This document shows positions 48,555 to 57,946 of a DNA stretch of 57,946 nucleotides, piece by piece; within the stretch, counting starts at the first letter, position 1, and each line of letters opens with the position of its first letter. The notes under the pieces are model-generated. The model was not told the origin of the DNA. It ran no database searches and saw only the letters and a program-made list of their open reading frames with translations. This DNA comes from Candidatus Arcticimaribacter sp. Lineage in GTDB: Bacteria; Bacteroidota; Bacteroidia; Flavobacteriales; Flavobacteriaceae. A program made the translations under genes and the position numbers. Location: the NCBI GenBank assembly GCA_011526265.1, contig WTJN01000111.1, forward strand, positions 1 through 57,946. The letters run 5' to 3'.

Positions 48555-49415
48555 ATGTATTTGATTGTTGATAGTGGCTCTACAAAAACCGACTGGTTTG
48601 CTGTTGATCCACAAGGTAAAGTTTTGTTCTCCACGCAAACCCTTGGTTTAAATCCACAGGTACTATCTTCAGCGATTCTCAACGAAAGAATCATCAATAA
48701 CTATGAAATCTACTCCAATAGAGATGTGGTAACTCATCTCTATTTTTATGGAGCAGGTTGTGGCATAGCGTCAACAGTTGGCCGCATCCGAAAAGTTTTT
48801 GATGAGATTTTTCCCAATTGTGAGTTCATCATCAAAGAGGACACCTATGCGGCAGTTTATTCCACCGCCGAAATGGGCGTTCCTTCTATTGTGTGTATCC
48901 TTGGAACAGGATCTAACTGTTCCTATTTCGACGGAGAAAATGTGGAGCAATACATCACCTCGTTGGGATATATTCTCATGGATGAGGCTAGTGGTAATTT
49001 TTTTGGAAAACAATTGGTTAGAGGGTTTTATTTTAACGAAATGCCACAACATTTGGCCACCCAGTTTGAGAAAGAATTTGTCTTGGATGCCGATACAGTA
49101 AAAGAAAACTTATACAGAAAAGAGAATCCAAATACTTATTTAGCCAAGTTTGCCAAGTTTTTGATCACCCATCGTGAGGATCCTTACATGCAAAAAATCA
49201 TTGAAAACGGTTTGGATCGGTTCATCAGACATCAGATATTACAGTTTGATAACGCGAAACAAATACCCATTCATTTTGTAGGTTCGATCGCCCATTTTCT
49301 AGAAAAAGAAATCAAGCAAAGCCTAGCAAAATATGATTTGACCATGGGACGAGTAGTTAAACGTCCTATCGATGGTTTGGTGGAATACCATATCCAACAC
49401 ATCAACGCGGTTTAA
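48555..49415 (+). CDS. BadF/BadG/BcrA/BcrD-type sugar kinase (N-acetylglucosamine kinase-like)
   Basis: VDSGSTKTDW, ILGTGSN, LGYILMDEASG and FVGSIA. Confidence 0.85.
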   Translation: MYLIVDSGSTKTDWFAVDPQGKVLFSTQTLGLNPQVLSSAILNERIINNYEIYSNRDVVTHLYFYGAGCGIASTVGRIRKVFDEIFPNCEFIIKEDTYAAVYSTAEMGVPSIVCILGTGSNCSYFDGENVEQYITSLGYILMDEASGNFFGKQLVRGFYFNEMPQHLATQFEKEFVLDADTVKENLYRKENPNTYLAKFAKFLITHREDPYMQKIIENGLDRFIRHQILQFDNAKQIPIHFVGSIAHFLEKEIKQSLAKYDLTMGRVVKRPIDGLVEYHIQHINAV

Positions 49416-49433
49416 TTCATCGACCAGTTCAAT

Positions 49434-49817
49434 TTAGGCTGTAACAGCGATCATTGAAATCTCGATGCGCACAAATTTTGGTAGATTAGCGACTTCAACA
49501 GTCTCTCTTGCAGGGGCTGTTTTTTCGTTAAAATAACTGCCGTAGATAGTATTGACGGTTGCGAAATGATTCATGTCCCTAAGAAAGATGGATGTTTTGA
49601 CCACATTTTCAAAAGTCATTCCGGCAGCGCTCAAAACAGCCGATAAGTTTTTCATCACCTGATGGGTCTCTTTCTCTAAATCTCCTTCCACCAAGGCGTT
49701 GGTCACTGGGTCAATAGGAATCTGACCAGACAAGTACAGGGTGTCTTTTGCCATAACGGCTTGATTGTATGGACCCAGTGGGGCGGGAGCATTTTTTGTT
49801 TCAATGATTTTCTTCAT
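49434..49817 (-). CDS. ridA: RidA family enamine/imine deaminase
   Basis: APAPLGPYNQA, SGQIP, PARETVEV and IEI. Confidence 0.9.
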   Translation of the reverse strand: MKKIIETKNAPAPLGPYNQAVMAKDTLYLSGQIPIDPVTNALVEGDLEKETHQVMKNLSAVLSAAGMTFENVVKTSIFLRDMNHFATVNTIYGSYFNEKTAPARETVEVANLPKFVRIEISMIAVTA

Positions 49818-49819
49818 AA

Positions 49820-52516
49820 TTATCGATTAAATGAACGATCAGGTTCTCTTCTTTTCTCGTATTTGAGATCGCTGAGAAGCCCCGACTTTATGCCTATAAA
49901 AAAGTACCAAGAAGTTCGAATACTAAAGGGGACCCAGTTAAAATTGAGTTGCCAGCTATCCAAGTCACGGTTGAAACGCAATTGGGTATAGGTGACTCCC
50001 TTGTTCTTAAAATCATACCCGCTAGACATTCCAATCTTCCATTTTCCATTGACATCAAAATCTCCAGAAACCATGAGTGAATTATTGGTAAAATCTCTCT
50101 GTCCAATGCTGTTGGCATACGTGAGGGAATAAGCAAGATTGATGTTCCAGTTTACTTTTGTACGGTAGAGGGGTGAATCGACATCACTATCCATTTCGTT
50201 TTCAGAACGCGATATGCCGTTGGCAAAATCTTCTGATACCCCAAAGAGATCATCATCCCGACCACCACCCGAAAGCCGTTCAAACTCGTTAAAGCTCAAC
50301 GTGTCATCCAAATCATCTTCTGGTTCTTCTTCCTCCTCTTCCTTGGCGTTGCGTTGAAAGGTTTTGTTGTTCAACTTATAACGCATATTCATGTTCGCAC
50401 TGGTCATGCGTGCAAAACCCTTTCCATTTTTGATCAACAGGGTATTGATTCTCCTGTTTTCCTCATCTAGGGAATAGGGATCAAAGGTTGCGTTGAGGTT
50501 GACACTTAATTGGTCTTTAAATAATGATAACCCTGTACTCATTCGAATGGGAGAAAGTTTGAATGTTTCCGCGGCGAAATTATAACTCGTACTCAGATTG
50601 AGGTTATTCAGCAGAGTAACCTTTTTGAGTTCTGTTTGCAGGGTGTCTTTGGGCAATACTTTTGCTTCAAAGCTGTTGTTGACCGTAATGCCCATGGATT
50701 GTCCGTAGGAGCGAGAGGGACGTCCAAACATGGCGTTTTCAAATCGGGTATATTCGGCCGTATTGCCATCGGCATCAACGATGTAGGTGTCGTAATACTG
50801 GTCAAAGCTGGGTTGAATACCATAGCTAACAGAGGGGCGAAGCGTGTGGCGAATCGATTGGATTCTCTTCCCTTCTTTAAAATTAAATGTTCCGTAAACA
50901 GTAGTCCCCAAACTCGCCGAGAGGTTATAGGTTCGAAAGGCATCAAAGCCACTTACAGTGTCTTTGACAACCCCCTGTTCTTCGGAATAATCGTTGTAAC
51001 GGATGGTATTGGGGGTCCAAACCTCCTTTAGAGTTCCCCCTGCGCTGACACTCAGGTATTTCGCAATTTTAAAATTCGTACTGATGGGCATCGTGTGTGT
51101 CACCCCCGAAACAGCATCTTGGAACATTTCTTTTTTAAACAGCCGTTCTTCGGTGGTTCTTATTCGGTTTTCGGCCAATGTTGTCAATTGAAAATTGATG
51201 TTTTGCAACATTCCCTTTTTCGATTTTCCTCGCTTTGCAAAAGGGAAAATTCGTTCCATGTTGGCTTGAAGGGTGGGAAGAGTTAAATTGGCCGACCGTG
51301 TATTTTTGTTTTGCGATAAACTGGTGGTCAATGAAATGTTGACCCTAGGATATTTTGGGAAAGTCTTTTGGTAGGAAATGGAGGAACTCAGGTTGTTGTT
51401 CAAAAAGTTGGCCGTGTTAAGTTGATTGATGGATTGCTGGAAATATTCACTACTACCATAATTGACTGAGGCTGAAAAATTTGAATAAGGACTAGCTTTT
51501 GGATCTTGACGGTGATTCCAACGAACATTGTATACGGTAGATTTGCTGTAATCATCGAAACCTCTTTGCCCGCTTACGAGTTTTTCAAACCGCACACTAA
51601 GGTTCCCCGAGTACTTGTACAACCTTTTGTAGGAAGACTGCCAGCGTAGGGCATAGCTTGCGTTGGTGTAGTAATCTCCCGTCAAATTAATATCCAAGTA
51701 TTCGGAAATAGGCAAGTAGTACCCTAGGTTTTGGAGATAATAGCCTCTTTGCCTGCTTTCTCCAAAGGTGGGAAAAATAAGACCAGACTCTTTTTTGTCT
51801 CCAGCTGGGAAATAAGCAAATGGCACAAAAACAGGGGTGGGAACATTTTCGACATATAGGTTACTAAAACCTGCAATAATTTTACCTCCCGGGATGAGTT
51901 TTCCTTTTCTTATACGAATATAATAATCTGGATTTTCTGGGTCTGATGCTGTCGTGACTTTGGCGTTTTTGATGTAGTACAGGGAGTCGTTTTGTTTTTT
52001 GGTATAGCTCGAAAAAACATTCATTCCCCCTTGAGCGGTTTTTGAATTCCAGATCAAAGCTTTTTTGGTGTCGAAATTGAACCGTATTGAGTCGGGGTTC
52101 ACTTCGTCGCGTCCCTGAATAAAGTTGGGTTTTTGAACCAAATTCCCAAGGGCATCCTTAATGCGACCAGCATAGACTTCATTCTTGGAATAATCCAACA
52201 CAATTAAGCCCGCGCTCAATTTCATGTCTTGGTAGGTGATTTCGGCTTGGTTGTAAAGCCGCATTTTGTTTTCGCGCCGATTGATTTTTACAGAGTCTTG
52301 CGCTTTGTATTTGATCAAATCAAGCAACAAAGGTTTCTTTTCGGGAATACTGTCGGATACCTTCACTTGCACACTGTCTAGCTTGATTTCTGGGATGATT
52401 TCAAGTGGGGGTAAACTATCTGAATTTTGTGGGATGGGCCTGTTTTGCGAAAACGCATTCGTTATCGTTAACCAGCACAAAAACATCAATGAAAACGATA
52501 AAGGCGTTGTTTGCAA
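49820..52516 (-). CDS. lptD: putative LPS assembly protein LptD
   Basis: Signal peptide, beta-jellyroll-like N-region and a large aromatic-rich beta-barrel; divergent from the amidase gene; TTG start. Confidence 0.78.
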   Translation of the reverse strand: MQTTPLSFSLMFLCWLTITNAFSQNRPIPQNSDSLPPLEIIPEIKLDSVQVKVSDSIPEKKPLLLDLIKYKAQDSVKINRRENKMRLYNQAEITYQDMKLSAGLIVLDYSKNEVYAGRIKDALGNLVQKPNFIQGRDEVNPDSIRFNFDTKKALIWNSKTAQGGMNVFSSYTKKQNDSLYYIKNAKVTTASDPENPDYYIRIRKGKLIPGGKIIAGFSNLYVENVPTPVFVPFAYFPAGDKKESGLIFPTFGESRQRGYYLQNLGYYLPISEYLDINLTGDYYTNASYALRWQSSYKRLYKYSGNLSVRFEKLVSGQRGFDDYSKSTVYNVRWNHRQDPKASPYSNFSASVNYGSSEYFQQSINQLNTANFLNNNLSSSISYQKTFPKYPRVNISLTTSLSQNKNTRSANLTLPTLQANMERIFPFAKRGKSKKGMLQNINFQLTTLAENRIRTTEERLFKKEMFQDAVSGVTHTMPISTNFKIAKYLSVSAGGTLKEVWTPNTIRYNDYSEEQGVVKDTVSGFDAFRTYNLSASLGTTVYGTFNFKEGKRIQSIRHTLRPSVSYGIQPSFDQYYDTYIVDADGNTAEYTRFENAMFGRPSRSYGQSMGITVNNSFEAKVLPKDTLQTELKKVTLLNNLNLSTSYNFAAETFKLSPIRMSTGLSLFKDQLSVNLNATFDPYSLDEENRRINTLLIKNGKGFARMTSANMNMRYKLNNKTFQRNAKEEEEEEPEDDLDDTLSFNEFERLSGGGRDDDLFGVSEDFANGISRSENEMDSDVDSPLYRTKVNWNINLAYSLTYANSIGQRDFTNNSLMVSGDFDVNGKWKIGMSSGYDFKNKGVTYTQLRFNRDLDSWQLNFNWVPFSIRTSWYFFIGIKSGLLSDLKYEKRREPDRSFNR

Positions 52517-52604
52517 GGTGATAAAAGGCTAAATTTGTTCCAATCAATCGGTCAAAATTACATATAATTTTATTAGGCTACCGGTATTTAAGGATTTATT
52601 AGGA

Positions 52605-53744
52605 ATGGATTTTTTGTGTCGTTCTTTTCTTCTTTTTGGCTGTTGGTTTCTGGTGTTTTTTGTTCCAAGTTCATTGGCAGCCCAAGACCATCAAACCCCT
52701 TTTGTGGTTGTGCTCGATGCTGGTCATGGAGGGAAGGATTCGGGCAACCGAGGGAATGGATACTCTGAGAAACATATTGCGTTGAATATCACCCTCACCA
52801 TAGGGGAAATGTTATCCAGGCAATCGGATTTTAAGATCATATATACGCGTGATACAGATCACTTTATTCCCTTAAACAAACGAGCAAAAATTGCCAATGA
52901 AGCCGATGCAGATTTGTTTGTTTCCATTCACTGCGATGCATTTAGTTCTCCAAAAGCCTATGGTGCAGGCACTTTTGTATTGGGGCTCCACCGAAGCAAA
53001 GACAATTTTAGAATCGCACAAAAAGAGAATTCGGTTATTTTCTTGGAAGAGGACTATCAAACAACTTATGATGGTTTTGATCCCAACAACCCAGAATCGG
53101 TCATCAGTCTAGTGCTCATGCAGGAGGCTTATCTGAATCAAAGCATTGAAGCGGCGAGTACCATTCAAAAAAGTTTTGTGGCCAATTTAAACCGCAAAGA
53201 TCGAACGGTAAAACAAGCTGGGTTTCTTGTGTTGCGGGAAACATATATGCCCAGTGTATTGGTCGAAGTTGGTTTTTTAACCAACCCAAAAGAAGGCGCT
53301 TTTTTAAATTCTAAACAAGGGCAAAAACAAATGGCACAGTCAATTGCCAAAGCCATTGTTAACTATCGGAATCAACTACAAGCTACCATTGGAAATGACA
53401 TGAGTGAGGAAAGCAATTCATCGTCACCACAGACAGGGGCTTTAGAAACTCCTCCCAAAGAGGAGTCTGCAACAAAAAATGTCGATGAGAAAATCACTTT
53501 TCGTGTTCAAATAGCCGCGAGCTCTAAACGCATTGCTTCGACTCCAGAGAATTTTAATGGATTATCGCCCATAAATAGCCAGAAAAGTGACGGACTGATC
53601 CGGTATTTTTATGGGGGTACAACAAATTACAAGGCCGCGCAAAAATTAAAGAAAACGGCCATACGAAAAGGCTATCCCAATGCTTTTGTAGTGGCGTTTA
53701 GAAACGGCAAAAAAATTAAGATTTCCGAGGCAATCTCCCAGTAA
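52605..53744 (+). CDS. N-acetylmuramoyl-L-alanine amidase (Amidase_3) with C-terminal SPOR-like domain
   Basis: VLDAGHGGKD, EK, FVSIHCD and SVLVEVGF; C-terminal FRVQIAAS..AFVVA. Confidence 0.93.
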   Translation: MDFLCRSFLLFGCWFLVFFVPSSLAAQDHQTPFVVVLDAGHGGKDSGNRGNGYSEKHIALNITLTIGEMLSRQSDFKIIYTRDTDHFIPLNKRAKIANEADADLFVSIHCDAFSSPKAYGAGTFVLGLHRSKDNFRIAQKENSVIFLEEDYQTTYDGFDPNNPESVISLVLMQEAYLNQSIEAASTIQKSFVANLNRKDRTVKQAGFLVLRETYMPSVLVEVGFLTNPKEGAFLNSKQGQKQMAQSIAKAIVNYRNQLQATIGNDMSEESNSSSPQTGALETPPKEESATKNVDEKITFRVQIAASSKRIASTPENFNGLSPINSQKSDGLIRYFYGGTTNYKAAQKLKKTAIRKGYPNAFVVAFRNGKKIKISEAISQ

Positions 53745-53772
53745 AATAAAAGGTCAAAAGAGAAATTATGCT

Positions 53773-53780
53773 TAGTTTTG
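53773..53780 (+). promoter_or_regulatory. -7 promoter element for mlaD and downstream genes
   Basis: TAGTTTTG, 22 nt upstream of the TTG start. Confidence 0.55.
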
Positions 53781-53802
53781 AAAACAAGTAAAGACCGCTA
53801 TT

Positions 53803-54753
53803 TTGAAGATATCCAACGAAATTAAAGCCGCACTAATCGTTTTTGGTGGAATTTTTTTATTTCTCATCGGCTTTAACTTTTTGAATGGCACATCGCTGTT
53901 TAAGCGAGAGAACACCCACTACACCATTTATGAAAATGTGGAAGGGTTGCAGATAGGCACCAAGGTCACTGTCAACGGTCTTGCCGTGGGGAAGGTTAGT
54001 GCCATTGACTTTCATCCAAAATCAACACAATTGCTTGTTACGTTCAGTTTTAGAAATGATGTTATTTTTTCATCCAATAGTATTGCCGAGCTCTATGAGG
54101 CTGGTCTGATTGGCGGCAAATCGATTGCCATCATCCCTGTTTTTGATCAGGCACCAAGAATGAAAGATGGTGACACCCTGAAGGGGCGAGTGAAACCAGG
54201 GCTTACCGATCTTGTCAACCAACAGATCGCTCCATTGCAGCAAAAATTAGAGCAAGTTTTGGTCGATGCAGACTCGCTGTTCACAGGCATCAATGAGGTG
54301 CTCAATCAAGAGGGGAAAGCAAATTTAACCAACACACTTGCTTCACTATCCACCACCGTAGCAAACATCAATAAAGCGGCTGTTTCTTTCGACGGACTTT
54401 TGAGCGCTCAAAAGAACAACCTCTCCACCACACTAGATAACGTTTCTGTGGCCTCCAAAAATTTGGCTCAACTCAGTGACTCTCTCGCAGCAGCTAACGT
54501 GAAGCAAACGGTCACGACCCTTCAAAAAACACTCGCCGAACTCGATAAAACGCTAACCGCCATCAACCAAAAAGAGGGTTCAGCGGGGAAACTCATCTAT
54601 GACACCGACTTGTATGAAAATTTGTCGGCAAGCACCAAGGAAGTTGAACTCCTTCTCCGTGATCTAAAAGAACACCCCAAACGGTATGTTCACTTCTCCT
54701 TGTTTGGAAAAAAAGAAACACCATATAAAACTCCACAGCCGAAAGAAGAATGA
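53803..54753 (+). CDS. MlaD/MCE family protein
   Basis: TM anchor, GLQIGTKVTVNGLAVGKV, GLIGGK, coiled-coil region and HPKRYVHFS. Confidence 0.9.
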   Translation: MKISNEIKAALIVFGGIFLFLIGFNFLNGTSLFKRENTHYTIYENVEGLQIGTKVTVNGLAVGKVSAIDFHPKSTQLLVTFSFRNDVIFSSNSIAELYEAGLIGGKSIAIIPVFDQAPRMKDGDTLKGRVKPGLTDLVNQQIAPLQQKLEQVLVDADSLFTGINEVLNQEGKANLTNTLASLSTTVANINKAAVSFDGLLSAQKNNLSTTLDNVSVASKNLAQLSDSLAAANVKQTVTTLQKTLAELDKTLTAINQKEGSAGKLIYDTDLYENLSASTKEVELLLRDLKEHPKRYVHFSLFGKKETPYKTPQPKEE

Positions 54754-56090
54754 CGATGATTGACTATTTACCGAATATTGTATTTGCGATTGGCCTTGGT
54801 GTTGCCATTTATTTTTTTTCCGGGAATGTAAAAAAAATCATGCGAAACATTCGCTTGGGGAAAACCGTCGATCGGAACGATCAAAAAGCGGAACGTTGGA
54901 AGAACATGGCGCGTATTGCTTTGGGTCAATCCAAAATGGTTCGTCGTCCGATTGCGGGATTTTTGCATGTCATTGTCTATGTTGGTTTTGTGCTCATCAA
55001 TATCGAATTGTTGGAGATAGTGGTCGACGGACTACTGGGGACGCATCGTGTGTTTGCTCCATTTTTGGGAGATTTTTACAATATTTTGATCGGAAGTTTT
55101 GAAGTCTTCGCTGCCCTTGTTTTGGTGGCGGTCATCCTTTTTTGGACCCGACGAAATGTGGTACGCATTCAGCGTTTCAGTAAAGCAGAAATGAAAGGAT
55201 GGCCCAAACTTGATGCCGACCTTATTCTGTATTTTGAAATTGTCTTGATGAGTTTGTTTTTAACCATGAATGGTGCCGATTTGGCCATTCAACAAAACTT
55301 TCCCAACGCCGAGCATTACCAACAAGCAGGGGCTTTTCCAGTGAGTCAGTGGTTGCTCCCTTGGTTTACTGGAATGGAGCTCACCACACTCATCGCGATT
55401 GAGCGCACCGCTTGGTGGTTGCATATCTTTGGCATTTTTGGTTTCTTAAATTACTTGTACTATTCCAAGCATCTTCATATTCTCTTGGCTTTTCCAAACA
55501 CCTATTTTGCGAATCTATCTCCCAAAGGGCGGTTCGAAAACAATGCATCCGTGACCAATGAAGTGAAGTTAATGCTTGACCCCAATGCTGATCCGTTTGC
55601 AGCCGGTGGAGAAACTGAGGAGGTGGAGAGTTTTGGCGCAGCAGAAGTCACCGATTTAACGCAAATTCAACTTCTTAACGCCTACACTTGCACCGAGTGT
55701 GGCCGTTGTACCAGCGAGTGTCCGGCCAATCAAACAGGCAAAAAACTATCGCCCAGGAAAATCATGATGGATACCCGTGATCGCCTCACAGAAGTAGGGA
55801 ACAACATGGACAAAAACAACGGTAGTTTTGCTGATGACGGGAAAAAACTTCTTGGTGACTACATCACGGCAGAAGAATTATGGGCCTGTACCTCTTGCAA
55901 TGCATGTGTGCAAGCATGCCCAGTAGATATTGATCCGTTATCGATCATCATGCAGATGCGGCAATATTTGGTGATGGAAGAATCCAAAGCCCCCTCTGAT
56001 CTCAACAACATGATGAGCAATATTGAAAACAACGGCGCTCCATGGCCATTCAATCAACAAGATCGCGTCAATTGGGCGCAAGAACTATAA
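54750..56090 (+). CDS. membrane Fe-S oxidoreductase subunit (cytochrome b-like TM domain plus 2x[4Fe-4S])
   Basis: About 5 TM helices with His residues; CTECGRCTSECP and CTSCNACVQACP. Confidence 0.9.
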   Translation: MTMIDYLPNIVFAIGLGVAIYFFSGNVKKIMRNIRLGKTVDRNDQKAERWKNMARIALGQSKMVRRPIAGFLHVIVYVGFVLINIELLEIVVDGLLGTHRVFAPFLGDFYNILIGSFEVFAALVLVAVILFWTRRNVVRIQRFSKAEMKGWPKLDADLILYFEIVLMSLFLTMNGADLAIQQNFPNAEHYQQAGAFPVSQWLLPWFTGMELTTLIAIERTAWWLHIFGIFGFLNYLYYSKHLHILLAFPNTYFANLSPKGRFENNASVTNEVKLMLDPNADPFAAGGETEEVESFGAAEVTDLTQIQLLNAYTCTECGRCTSECPANQTGKKLSPRKIMMDTRDRLTEVGNNMDKNNGSFADDGKKLLGDYITAEELWACTSCNACVQACPVDIDPLSIIMQMRQYLVMEESKAPSDLNNMMSNIENNGAPWPFNQQDRVNWAQEL

Positions 56091-56106
56091 ACCAAAATTA
56101 ATCACT

Positions 56107-56553
56107 ATGCACAAAGAGGAAGCAGAAAGCTATTTACACAAGAAAGTAGAAAACGGGGAAGAAGTAAGCCCGGTTTTACCCGAGGGGATCAAAAACTATC
56201 TCATCGATATCGATGGAACAGTTTGTGATGATATCCCCAACGAAGAACCAGAGCGCATGGCAACCGCTGCCCACTTTCCTGATGCATTAGAAACGCTGAA
56301 CCAATGGTACGATGAAGGCCACCTGATTTGCTTCTTCACCTCTCGCGTTGAAAGCCACCGTGCAGTGACGGAAACATGGTTGAAAGAAAAAGGCTTTAAA
56401 TACCACAGTCTTTTGATGGGAAAACCTCGAGGAGGCAACTACCATTGGATTGATAACCACTTGGTCAAGGCTACGCGCTACAACGGAAAATTCACCAATT
56501 TGGTGGAGAAAGACGTGACCATTGAGGTTTTTGACGACGGACAACACGATTAA
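56107..56553 (+). CDS. small capless HAD-superfamily phosphatase-like protein
   Basis: DIDGT (motif I), FTSR (II), GKP (III) and IDN (IV); ATG at 56107. Confidence 0.8.
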   Translation: MHKEEAESYLHKKVENGEEVSPVLPEGIKNYLIDIDGTVCDDIPNEEPERMATAAHFPDALETLNQWYDEGHLICFFTSRVESHRAVTETWLKEKGFKYHSLLMGKPRGGNYHWIDNHLVKATRYNGKFTNLVEKDVTIEVFDDGQHD

Positions 56554-56563
56554 ATCATTATCA

Positions 56564-57343
56564 ATGAAAGTAGCAACACTTGCCGAATGCTTGGCAGAAG
56601 GAAGAAGCCCAGAGATTTTATTCTGGGTAGGATGTGCGGGAAGTTTTGACGAACGTGCCAAAAAAATCACCAAGGCTTTTGTGAAGTTATTACACAACGC
56701 AGGCGTTGACTTTGCTGTGCTCGGTGCCGAAGAAAGTTGCACTGGCGACCCGGCCAAACGCTCCGGAAACGAATTCTTGTTTCAAATGCAAGCTATGACC
56801 AATATTGAAGTCATGAATGCCTACGAAGTAAAGAAAATTGTCACCACCTGTCCTCATTGTTTCAACACCCTCAAAAACGAATACCCAGAATTGGGGGGCA
56901 ACTATCAAGTGGTCCATCACACGCAGTTATTGAGAGACTTGCTTAATGAAGGTAAGTTGACCATTGCTGACGGATCGTTCAAAGGCAAACGCATTACTTT
57001 TCATGACCCTTGCTACTTGGGCCGTGCCAATGGTGTCTATGAAGCGCCCAGAGAATTGATTCGGAAACTGGATGCTGAGCTGGTAGAAATGAAAAGCTGC
57101 AAAAGCCGTGGATTGTGCTGTGGAGCCGGAGGAGCACAAATGTTTAAAGAACCCGAACCGGGGAACAAAGACATCAATATTGAGCGTACCGAACAAGCTT
57201 TGGAAACACAACCCGACCTAATCGCTGCAGGTTGTCCATTTTGTAACACCATGCTTTCTGACGGCGTAAAGAACAAAGAAAAGGAAGATGTGCTGCCCGT
57301 GATGGACATTGCAGAAATGATTGCAACGGCTAAAGATCTATAA
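56564..57343 (+). CDS. CCG-domain (HdrB/GlpC-like) Fe-S protein
   Basis: FWVGC..SCTG..TCPHC and FHDPC..CCG..GCPFC. Confidence 0.92.
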   Translation: MKVATLAECLAEGRSPEILFWVGCAGSFDERAKKITKAFVKLLHNAGVDFAVLGAEESCTGDPAKRSGNEFLFQMQAMTNIEVMNAYEVKKIVTTCPHCFNTLKNEYPELGGNYQVVHHTQLLRDLLNEGKLTIADGSFKGKRITFHDPCYLGRANGVYEAPRELIRKLDAELVEMKSCKSRGLCCGAGGAQMFKEPEPGNKDINIERTEQALETQPDLIAAGCPFCNTMLSDGVKNKEKEDVLPVMDIAEMIATAKDL

Positions 57344-57344
57344 A

Positions 57345-57830
57345 ATGTTTGTCCCCTTTTCAGCATTACCTGAACACGCCAGGGTATGGATTTACCCTTC
57401 ATCGCGTCCTTTTACTTCCGAAGAAAAAACAGCCATTGCATCGCGTATGGAGGAGTTTCTCTCGCAGTGGTCCACCCATGGCACGCCCTTAAAAACGGGT
57501 TTTGCGTTGCCTTATGATCACTTCATCGTGATCGGTCTAGACGAAGCAATTCAAGGTGCTTCAGGTTGTTCTATCGACGCTTCAGTTCGCCTTATTCAAA
57601 CTTTTGAACAAGAGTTTGACTTGACCCTTTTGGACAAGATGAACGTTTGTTATCGCCAAGGGGAAGAAATCATTTACACTCCCTTAAAAGCATTTAGAAA
57701 ATTGGCAAAAACTGCTGCGGTGAACCAAGAGACCATTGTTTTTAATAACTTAGTGGTGAACAAAGGTGAATATGAAAACCTTTGGGAGGTACCAGCCTAC
57801 AACAGTTGGCACGCCCGTTTTATCAAATAA
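57345..57830 (+). CDS. conserved hypothetical protein with an SGCSID motif
   Basis: RVWIY, WSTHG, ASGCSID and VFNNLV; no Walker A motif. Confidence 0.8.
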   Translation: MFVPFSALPEHARVWIYPSSRPFTSEEKTAIASRMEEFLSQWSTHGTPLKTGFALPYDHFIVIGLDEAIQGASGCSIDASVRLIQTFEQEFDLTLLDKMNVCYRQGEEIIYTPLKAFRKLAKTAAVNQETIVFNNLVVNKGEYENLWEVPAYNSWHARFIK

Positions 57831-57840
57831 ACTTTCTCCA

Positions 57841-57946
57841 ATGCGGTACATATTTTTTCTTCTTTTTGGAGGCGTACTTTTTGCACAAAATCATCATGAC
57901 CCTCTAGCCACTGCCGATTGGGAAGCACAGGAAAAGTGGGTAGACA
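57841..57946 (+). CDS. exported protein, probably glycoside hydrolase family 3; 5' part only
   Basis: MRYIFFLLFGGVLFAQNHHDPLATADWEAQEKWVD: a signal peptide followed by 'QxKWVD', typical of Bacteroidota GH3 N-termini. Truncated by the window edge. Confidence 0.5.
   Translation, partial: MRYIFFLLFGGVLFAQNHHDPLATADWEAQEKWVD

Noticed and set aside
57345-57830. ABC transporter ATPase, a label I recall being applied to similar proteins
   Set aside because: No Walker A/B or LSGGQ motif, and the protein is too short.

Overview
This is a 58-kb, very gene-dense chromosomal segment from a Bacteroidota (Flavobacteriaceae-like) bacterium. The assignment rests on TAnnTTTG -7 promoter boxes, the general lack of Shine-Dalgarno motifs and the gene order. 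Most of it is housekeeping: pdxH-sixA-ppk1-ppx, dnaX-miaE, rnpB, rsmD, a RecD-like helicase, yebC, gcvT, thrABC, clpC, gyrA, three tRNAs, rsmE, tsaD, tamB, pfkA-gap, lptD, an amidase, mlaD and a split Fe-S oxidoreductase cluster. No CRISPR array, IS or integrase was seen. Five items stand out. (1) dnaX is split at G-A10-G, which contains A_AAA_AAG, so full-length tau needs a -1 shift or one added A; a perfect 6-bp hairpin directly abuts the A-run. (2) An accessory patch follows tRNA-Arg(TCT), with a Cys-less LOV-like PAS protein, a RamB/PrpR-type regulator with a palindromic operator, and an acidic surface lipoprotein carrying a Cys-bracketed 134-aa helical hairpin. (3) A short leader ORF ending Thr-Pro-stop in a hairpin precedes thrA. 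(4) Several genes appear leaderless. (5) A split FadF/EtfD-like oxidoreductase has a HAD phosphatase between its halves. All family calls come from motif recognition by eye; no database searches were run.
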